From: Sedimentisphaera cyanobacteriorum
GTDB taxonomy: Bacteria > Planctomycetota > Phycisphaerae > Sedimentisphaerales > Sedimentisphaeraceae
Length of the DNA: 32,000 nucleotides
Direction: 5' to 3'
NCBI RefSeq assembly: GCF_001997385.1
Contig: NZ_CP019633.1
Span: 2,130,001-2,162,000 of the forward strand
Below, one piece after another: positions 9,224-17,087 of this stretch. The translations under genes and the position numbers were made by a program. How positions within the stretch are numbered: the first letter of the stretch is position 1; each line of letters starts with the position of its first letter. Below the pieces are notes generated by a model, which saw only the letters and a program-made list of their open reading frames with translations, ran no database searches and was not told where the DNA came from.

Positions 9224-10624
9224 TTATTGGTTTTTGTGTTTTCTTACATATTTCCACTGACGCTTCTTTGCGTTAAGCTCTGTTTCTATGCCTTTATCGC
9301 CCTGCTGAGCCATCCATTCATCGAGTTTTGCCTTGAGGCGTTTGAAAGTGTCTTCATAGCCCGGGTTGTCTGCAAGGTTGTTGATATTAGCAGGGTCTGC
9401 GACTACATCGTAAAGCTCGAATTCAGGGCGATGCTGATATTTATGGGTAAAGTGCCTGGCGTGCCTGTCGCCCTTCTGGGCAAGCTCCATCATAGACTTA
9501 AACTCAGGATAAGGCCTTTCTGTGAGCATATTCTGGAATTCGTTATCCGGCATCAGGTTCCAAATAAGACGGTAGCGTTTATCTCTCACTGAACGGATCG
9601 GATAAGGCTCTTTACTGTAGTAAATGCCTCTGGTTGTCTGGAGACCGAATGTATATTTCTTGTGCTTGTCAGTTTTGCCTGTGAGAAGATTCAGCATACT
9701 CCTTCCATCGAGAACTTCAGGCACATTCCCGCCCGCTGCTTCAATGAAGGTAGGCGTTACATCCACATATTCCACGATTGCATCGCTCTCGCTGCCAGGC
9801 TTAACCTTCCCTGGCCAGCGGACAATCATAATCGAACCGAGCCCGTCTTCATAGCATGTCCATTTGGCAAACGGAAGAGAATTTCCCTGCTCCGAGACAA
9901 CCATTACCATCGTATTATCTGAGAGCTTGTGTTTATCGAGCAGATCGAGAATATGTCCCACCTGATCATCGTAGTATGTTATCTCAGCGAGATATTTAAC
10001 CCACCTTTTACGCATAATCGGCGTATCGGGCAGATATGGAGGCAACACAATCTTATCCGGGTCGTACTGAGAAGGGTCGCCTTTGTTCCAAGGCGTATGC
10101 GGCTCATTAGAGCACGCAAACAGGCAGAAAGGAGTGTCCTTTTCTGTGCACTCAGAAAACATTTTATCGACAGCTTTCATATCAGGATTGTGCTTCTTCC
10201 CGCTGTACTCAAACGGAAAAACGCTTTCGGGCTGTATGTGCCGCTTGCCCGAGAGGGCAACCCTGTAGCCGAGGGGTTTTAGGTAATGAACTATGCTCTT
10301 TGTCCCCTCCTTTGCGCAGGTGTGATTCGGATATGCCCCGCTCTTGACCGGATACAGTCCTGTATAGATGTTGTGCCTTGTGGGCGAGCACATCGGGGCG
10401 GCCTGAAAGCAGCTGTTCATCTTCATTCCCTGCTTTGCGAGTCTGTCTATATTGGGGGTGTGGGCATCGCCGCCGTAGCAGCCTATATCACGAAACGTGC
10501 AGTCGTCTGCCATAATGAAAACGAAATTCGGCTTCTCTGAATGCCCTGCTGCCTCAAGCAAACTTCCAGCTCCAAGACTGAAAGCGGCTGCCGAGGCGTA
10601 TTTCACAAAATCCCTTCGTTTCAT
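9224..10624 (-). CDS. Cys-type sulfatase with Tat signal, tandem paralog A. Start placed at the internal MKRRDF rather than the ORF-track start at 10660.
   Basis: The listed ORF begins MEKCKTKQEQIK-MKRRDFVKY. The paralog upstream starts MRRRDFVKY, and its stop at 10627 would be overlapped by the longer start. AGGAA lies 9 nt upstream of the 10624 ATG. The FGly motif is C-S-P-T-R in PMCSPTRHN. Confidence 0.88.
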   Translation of the reverse strand: MKRRDFVKYASAAAFSLGAGSLLEAAGHSEKPNFVFIMADDCTFRDIGCYGGDAHTPNIDRLAKQGMKMNSCFQAAPMCSPTRHNIYTGLYPVKSGAYPNHTCAKEGTKSIVHYLKPLGYRVALSGKRHIQPESVFPFEYSGKKHNPDMKAVDKMFSECTEKDTPFCLFACSNEPHTPWNKGDPSQYDPDKIVLPPYLPDTPIMRKRWVKYLAEITYYDDQVGHILDLLDKHKLSDNTMVMVVSEQGNSLPFAKWTCYEDGLGSIMIVRWPGKVKPGSESDAIVEYVDVTPTFIEAAGGNVPEVLDGRSMLNLLTGKTDKHKKYTFGLQTTRGIYYSKEPYPIRSVRDKRYRLIWNLMPDNEFQNMLTERPYPEFKSMMELAQKGDRHARHFTHKYQHRPEFELYDVVADPANINNLADNPGYEDTFKRLKAKLDEWMAQQGDKGIETELNAKKRQWKYVRKHKNQ

Positions 10625-10626
10625 TT

Positions 10627-12024
10627 TTATTTGTTCCTGTTTTGTTTTACATTTTTCCATTTGCGTTTATCTGCATTGAGCTCGGTCTCTATGCCTTTAT
10701 CGCCCTGCTGAGCCATCCACTCATCAAGCCTTGCCTTGAGGCGTTTGAAAGTGTCTTCATAGCCCGGGTTGTCTGCAAGGTTGTTGATGTTTGCAGGGTC
10801 TGCTTTAACATCATAAAGCTCAAACTCAGGACGGTGCTGATATTTATGGGTAAAGTGCTTTGCGTGCCTGTCGCCATTTTCTGCAAGCTTCAGCATAGAC
10901 TTAAACTCTTTAGACCTCTCAGTTGCAGCATTTTCGAATTTGTTATCAGGCATAAGATTCCAGATAAGCCGGTACCGCTCATCCCTAACAGACCGGATTG
11001 GGTAGGGCTGTTTGCTGAAATGGATTCCGTTAGTTGTCTGGATGCCGAAAGTATATCTCTTGTGTTTGTCTGTTTTGCCTGTGAGAAGATTCACCATACT
11101 CCTGCCTTCAATCACATCGGGAACTTTTCCTCCCGCAGCTTCGATGAAGGTAGGCGTTACATCCACGTATTCCACGATTGCATTGCTCTCGCTGCCCGGC
11201 TTAACCTTCCCGGGCCAGCGGACAATCATAATTGAGCCCAGCCCGTCTTCATAGCATGTCCACTTGGCAAACGGAAGGGCATTGCCCTGCTCTGAGACAA
11301 CCATCACAATAGTATTTTCTGCGAGGTTGTGCTTCTCGAGCAGATCGAGAATCTGCCCCACCTGCTTATCAAAGTATGTTACTTCTGCGAGGTATTTGGT
11401 AAGAGATTCACGAACAACAGGCGTATCCGGTATATAAGAACGCAGCTTCAAATCCTCCGAATCATACTTTGAAGGATCGCCTTTGTTCCACGGCGTATGA
11501 GGCTCATTTGAACACGCAAACAGACAGAACGGACTGCCGTTTTCGTTTGAATCGTGGAAAAGCTCGTCTATTACCTTCATATCGGGGTTGTTGTTTTTTC
11601 TGCTGTATTCAAACGGAAAAACGCTTTTGGGGTGTATGTGCCGCTTGCCGGAAAGTGCAACCCTGTAGCCCAGAGGCCTTAAATAATGAACAATGCTCTT
11701 TGTGCCATCTTTTGCGCAGGTGTGGTTCGGATGTGCCCCGCTCTTAACCGGATACAGACCGGTATAGATGTTGTGCCTTGTAGGCGAGCACATCGGGGCG
11801 GCCTGAAAGCAGTTGTTCATCTTCATTCCCTGCGTTGCGAGCTTGTCTATGTTGGGCGTATGAGCCTGCCCGCCGTAGCAGCCGATATCACGGAATGTGC
11901 AGTCGTCTGCCATAATGAAAACGAAATTCGGCTTCTCTGAATGCCCTGCTGCCTCCAGCAAACTTCCAGCTCCGAGGCTGAAAGCGGCTGCTGAAGCGTA
12001 TTTTACAAAGTCTCTTCGTCTCAT
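10627..12024 (-). CDS. Cys-type sulfatase with Tat signal, tandem paralog B
   Basis: 465 aa. N-terminus is MRRRDFVKYASAAAFSLGAGSLLEAAGHSEKPNFVFIMADDCT and the FGly motif is PMCSPTRHN. It aligns collinearly with paralog A along its whole length. Confidence 0.9.
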   Translation of the reverse strand: MRRRDFVKYASAAAFSLGAGSLLEAAGHSEKPNFVFIMADDCTFRDIGCYGGQAHTPNIDKLATQGMKMNNCFQAAPMCSPTRHNIYTGLYPVKSGAHPNHTCAKDGTKSIVHYLRPLGYRVALSGKRHIHPKSVFPFEYSRKNNNPDMKVIDELFHDSNENGSPFCLFACSNEPHTPWNKGDPSKYDSEDLKLRSYIPDTPVVRESLTKYLAEVTYFDKQVGQILDLLEKHNLAENTIVMVVSEQGNALPFAKWTCYEDGLGSIMIVRWPGKVKPGSESNAIVEYVDVTPTFIEAAGGKVPDVIEGRSMVNLLTGKTDKHKRYTFGIQTTNGIHFSKQPYPIRSVRDERYRLIWNLMPDNKFENAATERSKEFKSMLKLAENGDRHAKHFTHKYQHRPEFELYDVKADPANINNLADNPGYEDTFKRLKARLDEWMAQQGDKGIETELNADKRKWKNVKQNRNK

Positions 12025-12043
12025 TTAATCGCCTTTCTTATAT

Positions 12044-13663
12044 TTAGCGTTTTACTTTTCTGCCCGGCTTTGGAATGCAGTTTACTCTCTCTGCCCATTC
12101 ATACCACTTTTGTGAGAGCTCTTTAACCAGCTCAGGCTTCTTCTCTGCAAGATCGTTAAGCTCTGTTCTGTCTGCTTCAAGGTCGTAAAGCTCCCATTTG
12201 TTTTCGTCTTCCCAGAGCTTATGGCGAACCGCTTTCCACTTGCCCTTCCTCACGGCTGCATGATACTCGTGTTCGAAGAACATATATTTATGGCCTTCTC
12301 TTTTTCCCGTAATTATTGCCGGGACGAGGCTTATGCCGTCAGATTTGTGCACGTCATTGCCTTTGAATTTCTCGGGATATTTTGCTCCCGCTAGGTCGGT
12401 GCAGGTAGCCATAATATCAATCAGATAGCCTGTTTCGTGGGTTATTGTGCCTTTTGTTTTAGCTGTAGCTTTAGGCCAGTGGGCTATAAGAGGCGTTGCA
12501 ATTCCGCCTTCGTGAACATAATGCTTGTATCGCCTGAAGGGCGTATTCGAGGCATTAGCCCATGCACGGCCGTAAGAGATGCAGCCGTAGTATTTCGGAT
12601 TGTTTACCCTGTCCAGCGGGGCTCCGCCGAGCTCGCCGCCTTCTGCACAACCGCCGTTGTCGCTCATAAACAGAATAAGCGTATTGTCCAGCTTGCCCTG
12701 CTTCTTGAGCGAGTCAACGAGCTTGCCTACGTTGTAGTCCATTGAATGCACCTGAGCGGCATAAACCGCCATGCGGTAGTCCATTTCGTCTTTCTTTTTC
12801 TCGCTGAGCGAATCCCAAGGCCTTGCGTCCCTCGGAGCCATTTCCCAGTCTTTCAAGAGCCCCATCTCAATCTGACGCTTGTTTCTTTCCTCGCGAAGCT
12901 TATCCCAGCCCTTCATATACTTCCCGCGGAATTTCTCCACATCTTCCTTTTTCGCATGCAGCGGCCAGTGAGGGGCGGTGTAGGCCAGATACAGGAAGAA
13001 AGGCTCCTGATCTTTCTGCTCTTTAATGAATTTTATCGCATTATCTGTGAATGCATCGGTGGTGTAATAGTTGGGGTCGTTTATTTCTATTTGTTCATTA
13101 TCCCGTGTGATACCCCTCGGATGTTCGGGGCGGAAAAAGTTTGAAGCTCCGGATAATATGCCGTAGAATCTGTCGAAACCTCGCTGGAGAGGCCAGAGAT
13201 GCCTTTCGGACATCCCAAGATGCCATTTGCCCGCCATATATGTATGATAGCCGGCGGTTTTCAGGACTTCTGCAATGGTAACATTGTTCTTATTCAAAAA
13301 TCCGCGATAGCCTACCGCTCCTTTGTCGTGCTTTCTTGTTCCGGGAGGGTTTGTCATATGCCCGATTCCGGTTTGATGCGGATGAAGGCCGGTCATTAGG
13401 CTTGCACGCGTTGGGCAGCATCTTGCTGTATTGTAGAATTGGCTGAAACGAACTCCGTTTTGGGCGAGTTTGTCGAGATTGGGGGTGTCGATTTCGCCGC
13501 CGTAGCAGCCTATATCTGAATACCCCATATCGTCAACGAGCACAACAACTATATTAGGCCTGTTTGCGGGAGCGGCCATTCCGTAGCTCCCCGCTGAGGC
13601 AGCAATAACGCCTGCACCTGCTGCCTTGAGGAAATTTCTTCTGCTTAAAACCTTATTGTCCAT
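12044..13663 (-). CDS. Cys-type arylsulfatase with Tat signal (larger, distinct subfamily)
   Basis: 539 aa with the motifs SRRNFLKAAGAGVIAASAG and NIVVVLVDDMGYSD. The canonical motif C-C-P-T-R-ASLMTG is present, along with GKWHLG. Confidence 0.92.
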   Translation of the reverse strand: MDNKVLSRRNFLKAAGAGVIAASAGSYGMAAPANRPNIVVVLVDDMGYSDIGCYGGEIDTPNLDKLAQNGVRFSQFYNTARCCPTRASLMTGLHPHQTGIGHMTNPPGTRKHDKGAVGYRGFLNKNNVTIAEVLKTAGYHTYMAGKWHLGMSERHLWPLQRGFDRFYGILSGASNFFRPEHPRGITRDNEQIEINDPNYYTTDAFTDNAIKFIKEQKDQEPFFLYLAYTAPHWPLHAKKEDVEKFRGKYMKGWDKLREERNKRQIEMGLLKDWEMAPRDARPWDSLSEKKKDEMDYRMAVYAAQVHSMDYNVGKLVDSLKKQGKLDNTLILFMSDNGGCAEGGELGGAPLDRVNNPKYYGCISYGRAWANASNTPFRRYKHYVHEGGIATPLIAHWPKATAKTKGTITHETGYLIDIMATCTDLAGAKYPEKFKGNDVHKSDGISLVPAIITGKREGHKYMFFEHEYHAAVRKGKWKAVRHKLWEDENKWELYDLEADRTELNDLAEKKPELVKELSQKWYEWAERVNCIPKPGRKVKR

Positions 13664-13898
13664 TTATTAAGCTCCATATTATTAAACATAAAGAACACTT
13701 TTTATTCTTTAACGCGAAAAATTAATTCCTGTAATATTAAATACCAGCTTGCAATGAATTTTTTCAAAAAAAGAATAAAATAGCGGTTTGAAAATATAAA
13801 CTTTAAGCATTTTGCCTTTTCTGAAAGCGGAGGTTCGATAAAAAATATGAAACAAATTAACAGCTTTGAACGTCTATAACTAAAAAAGGAACAGAAAA

Positions 13899-14879
13899 AT
13901 GATCAATATACTTAAAATGTATCTCTTTATTACTGCTTTTTGTTTAGCCCAAACAGCGCAGGCTGAGTATGACCCGCTTTTGAAGGGAGAAAGCGGTGAG
14001 TATATAACTCAGGAGCTTAATGTTTGCTATGGCGCAGCAGATAGAGAGATTCCGGTACTGGTTTACCGCCCCGAAAATGCCGAGGCAAGGCGGCCGGCCA
14101 TATTGTTCAGCCATGGGCTGGGCGGTTCCAGATACGGCTGTGAATATCTCGGGAGGCATTGGGCTGGTGCGGGTTTTGTTTGCTTCTTTTTGCAGCATCC
14201 GGGCAGCGACAGCTCGATATGGGAAGACTTGCCAGCTGGAGAGAGGCTGAAAGCCTTTAATCAAGCCGCTAACGGGAAAAACTATATGCACAGAATAAAC
14301 GATGTTCGGGCTGTGCTGGATTTTATAGAAAAGAAGGCAAAGCAAAAGCATGACTCGCTGGGTAAAATCATAGACCCAAACTCTATCGGGATGTCCGGGC
14401 ACTCATTTGGAGCTGTTACCACACAGGCAGTAAGCGGGCTGAGCGCGTGGAATGGGCGAAAGGTTTATTCGGATGACAGAATCAGGGCAGCTATAGCTCT
14501 GAGCCCTTCAGTGCCCAAGAATTCATCTGCTGATGAGGCTTTCGGCTCTGTTAATCGCCCTTGGATGCTTATGACAGGCACGAAAGACCAAAGTATAATC
14601 GGAACTGCATCTCCGGAAGAGAGGTTAAAGGTGTATGAAGCCTTGCCGGCGGGGGATAAGTATCAGATTGTTCTTCATAACGGAAAACACCTTGCATTTA
14701 CAGATCGTCAGCCCCGAAAATGGGGAAAAAGAAACCCCAACCACCACACAATAATAAAGGCAGCGAGTACTGCGTTTTGGGATTCATACTTAAAAAATGA
14801 CCCGCAGGCGAAAGAGTGGCTTGATGGGGATAAGATTGCCGCTATCCTTGAACCAAAGGATAAGTGGCAAAAGAAATAA
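13899..14879 (+). CDS. Secreted alpha/beta hydrolase (COG4188 / PAF-acetylhydrolase-like serine hydrolase)
   Basis: 326 aa with signal-like MINILKMYLFITAFCLAQTAQA. Contains the nucleophile elbow G-H-S-F-G-A (MSGHSFGAVT) and upstream ILFSHGLGGSR. Transcribed divergently from the sulfatase array. Confidence 0.7.
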   Translation: MINILKMYLFITAFCLAQTAQAEYDPLLKGESGEYITQELNVCYGAADREIPVLVYRPENAEARRPAILFSHGLGGSRYGCEYLGRHWAGAGFVCFFLQHPGSDSSIWEDLPAGERLKAFNQAANGKNYMHRINDVRAVLDFIEKKAKQKHDSLGKIIDPNSIGMSGHSFGAVTTQAVSGLSAWNGRKVYSDDRIRAAIALSPSVPKNSSADEAFGSVNRPWMLMTGTKDQSIIGTASPEERLKVYEALPAGDKYQIVLHNGKHLAFTDRQPRKWGKRNPNHHTIIKAASTAFWDSYLKNDPQAKEWLDGDKIAAILEPKDKWQKK

Positions 14880-15275
14880 TCCGAAGCGGTTGGAATTAGG
14901 GGCAGTTTAGCTTGCGCTGCGGTTTTAGATCGTACCTGCAATGGAATAATTGGTTTTGAGCCACGATTCTCATTTTTTTAAACCACAAAGACCCTAAGGG
15001 CAGGAAGAATTTTATAAATTATTTTCAGACAATTTTTTACATTCAATAAATATTTGTGAAATCAGTGTAACCTGCTGATAATAAACATCAAAGCGGCATA
15101 AATCTATTTGATTTTAGTCTGGGATAAACCGATTATTCATTAAAAATAGTAATACTTGAATGATAATGGAATTTTGTTAGTATTTAAAAAGAGCAGCCGG
15201 GTGTGTTGAACCCGGCTAATGGTAAAAGGTGTCTGTAATTAGTGTAGTGTTGGCTTTGTGTTTGATATTTTATTA

Positions 15276-15293
15276 TTGATATAAAAATATCAA
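15276..15293. promoter_or_regulatory. Perfect 18-bp AT-rich palindrome TTGATAT-AAAA-ATATCAA, 38 nt upstream of the argC ATG. Candidate operator (ARG-box-like architecture).
   Basis: Read directly: 15276-15282 TTGATAT, 15283-15286 AAAA, 15287-15293 ATATCAA. An extra half-site copy TTGATAT sits at 15262-15268. Confidence 0.4.
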
Positions 15294-15330
15294 ACTTATT
15301 TTTTAAGTCAAGCAAATTTTAGGAAAATTT

Positions 15331-16344
15331 ATGAAAAAAATTCGTGCGGCAGTTATCGGAGCTACCGGCTATACAGGCAGAGATACCATAGAAATACTCC
15401 TCAGCCATCGTTTTGCTGAGGTTACCTATCTCACAGCCTCATCAGATGATTCTGTGCCGGCAAGCAGTATGCACCCTCGGCTTACAGGCCGCTGCGGGCT
15501 GGATATCGAGCCGTTAAATTTCGACAAACTCGCAGATACAGCAGATGCTGCACTTTGCTGCCTTCCGCACAAGGTTTCTATGGGATTCGTCCCTCAAATG
15601 CTGGAAAAGGGGCTTAAGGTTGTCGATTTCAGCGCTGATTATCGGATTAAGGATGTTGAGGTTTATCAGGAGCATTACGCCCCGCATACCGACAAAGACA
15701 ATATAGCCCGCGCAGTTTACGGTCTTCCTGAGCTGTACCGCAGCGAGCTTAAAGGAGCAGACCTTGCAGCCAATCCGGGCTGCTTCCCCACAGGTTCAAT
15801 CCTTGGTATAGCTCCGCTTCTGAACTCGCAGGTCATAGATCCGAGCGATATATGCGTAAGCGCTGTAAGCGGGGCAACAGGAGCCGGCAAGAAGCCCTCG
15901 CCCGGACTGCATTTCCCAAACCACAACGAAAACATCCGTCCGTATAAAATCGGCTCGCACAGGCATATGCCCGAGATCGAGCAGATTTGCGCAGCAGTTG
16001 CAGGAGACGAGGTTAATGTGCTTTTCCAGCCGCATATTGGAAGCTTCGACAGAGGCATTATATCCTCTATCTACACCCGCCCTGTAAAAGATTTATCGCA
16101 GGCAGAGCTGGAGGATTTATTCAAAGATTTCTATGAATGCGAACCTTTCGTGCAGGTTTTGGATAGTCCCCCGGAGGTGAAGAACGTTGCCAACACGAAC
16201 TACTGCCATATATATCCGGCAGCGGTTAAGGGCAGAATTGCTGTTTTCACCGCTATAGACAATCTTGTTAAGGGTGCTTCCGGACAGGCAGTCCAGAATA
16301 TGAATATTATGTTCGGGATTGATGAAAAGGAAGGCCTGCTTTGA
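15331..16344 (+). CDS. argC: N-acetyl-gamma-glutamyl-phosphate reductase
   Basis: 337 aa. Contains the NAD motif AAVIGATGYTGRD, the active-site region ANPGCFPTG, and the C-terminal NLVKGASGQAVQNMNIMFG. Confidence 0.93.
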   Translation: MKKIRAAVIGATGYTGRDTIEILLSHRFAEVTYLTASSDDSVPASSMHPRLTGRCGLDIEPLNFDKLADTADAALCCLPHKVSMGFVPQMLEKGLKVVDFSADYRIKDVEVYQEHYAPHTDKDNIARAVYGLPELYRSELKGADLAANPGCFPTGSILGIAPLLNSQVIDPSDICVSAVSGATGAGKKPSPGLHFPNHNENIRPYKIGSHRHMPEIEQICAAVAGDEVNVLFQPHIGSFDRGIISSIYTRPVKDLSQAELEDLFKDFYECEPFVQVLDSPPEVKNVANTNYCHIYPAAVKGRIAVFTAIDNLVKGASGQAVQNMNIMFGIDEKEGLL

Positions 16345-16366
16345 TACCGTTTCCGAAAGGAGCAGT

Positions 16367-17002
16367 ATGAAATTAGTTTTACTCTCAGACATTCATTCTC
16401 GCTTTCCTCGAAGCGATGAGCTCGAATCAGAGCTCAAAACAGCCGATGCAGTATTGATTTCCGGCGATATAACCGGCTTCGGTTCCTACGATGAAGGCGA
16501 GGCGATTATCAAACACATCAAGAAATTCTGCAAGAGCGTGTTTGCAGTAGGGGGCAACTGCGACACATTTGAGATTGCCCGTATGATTGAGAATCTCGAC
16601 GTCAGCGTGCACGGACAGGCAGGAAACGCGGGCGGACTTTGCGTTACAGGAGTTAGCGGAGTTGAGCGGGGCAGAATGCCTTTAAACTTCTACGACATCC
16701 TTGAAAACTCCATCGCATCTGAGAAAAACTGCCGCAAACTTGCGGTTATATCGCACGAACCTGCATTCGGAACAGACCGCTGCGGGAGAAGCAGTTCACG
16801 AAAGGGAAATAGGAATATCAGGGAATTCGCTGAGAAATATCAGCCTGTATTAGCCGTGAGCGGGCACGTTCACGAGGCTTGGGGCAGCCAGAAAATAGGC
16901 AAAACCGTTTATATAAATCCGGGGGCTTGGCTGGAAAGACGCTTCGCAACTGTTATGCTTGATAATAACCTCGAATTTTCCGGAGCGGAGTTTCACAGCT
17001 GA
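16367..17002 (+). CDS. Metallophosphoesterase (calcineurin-like, YfcE/MJ0936-type). Start moved to 16367.
   Basis: MKLVLLSDIHS (DxH), ISGDITG (GD), GGNCD, VISHEP and SGHVHEA form the metallophosphoesterase motif series. GAAAGGAG Shine-Dalgarno lies just upstream of the ATG at 16367. The ORF-track start at 16319 lies inside argC. Confidence 0.8.
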   Translation: MKLVLLSDIHSRFPRSDELESELKTADAVLISGDITGFGSYDEGEAIIKHIKKFCKSVFAVGGNCDTFEIARMIENLDVSVHGQAGNAGGLCVTGVSGVERGRMPLNFYDILENSIASEKNCRKLAVISHEPAFGTDRCGRSSSRKGNRNIREFAEKYQPVLAVSGHVHEAWGSQKIGKTVYINPGAWLERRFATVMLDNNLEFSGAEFHS

Positions 17003-17035
17003 ACTTCAGCTCGGAGTGGCAATTAGATTTTTTCA

Positions 17036-17070
17036 GTGCAGCACGCAGAAGAATCGGCTGCACATTTTTT
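17036..17070 (+). terminator. Rho-independent terminator candidate after the argC-metallophosphoesterase pair
   Basis: Stem GTGCAGC (17036-17042) pairs with GCTGCAC (17057-17063) around a 14-nt loop. A T6 run follows at 17065-17070. Confidence 0.5.
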
Positions 17071-17087
17071 AAACCTTGGAATTTGAA

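Larger units (their letters stand above)
9224..12024 (-). repeat. Head-to-tail tandem duplication of a complete sulfatase gene, period about 1.40 kb
   Basis: Nucleotide runs are shared at a constant offset of about 1403 nt. For example, the 57-nt stretch tgccttgaggcgtttgaaagtgtcttcatagcccgggttgtctgcaaggttgttgat occurs at both 9329-9385 and 10732-10788. The signal-peptide-encoding 5' ends (10490-10624 versus 11890-12024) are nearly identical. Confidence 0.9.

Noticed and set aside
10625-10660. Extended N-terminus (MEKCKTKQEQIK) of sulfatase paralog A from the ORF track
   Set aside because: It would overlap the stop of the upstream paralog by 34 nt. The internal MKRRDF start aligns exactly with the paralog's MRRRDF Tat signal and has an AGGAA Shine-Dalgarno.
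13847-13879. 10-codon uORF (MKQINSFERL) with an upstream GGAGG, ahead of the alpha/beta hydrolase gene
   Set aside because: The Shine-Dalgarno spacing is long (13 nt). The peptide has no regulatory-leader features such as runs of a single amino acid or an arrest motif. It cannot be supported without conservation data.
16319-16366. Upstream start of the metallophosphoesterase ORF inside argC
   Set aside because: The ATG at 16367 has a strong GAAAGGAG Shine-Dalgarno. The family N-terminus normally begins right at the MKxxxxSDxH motif.
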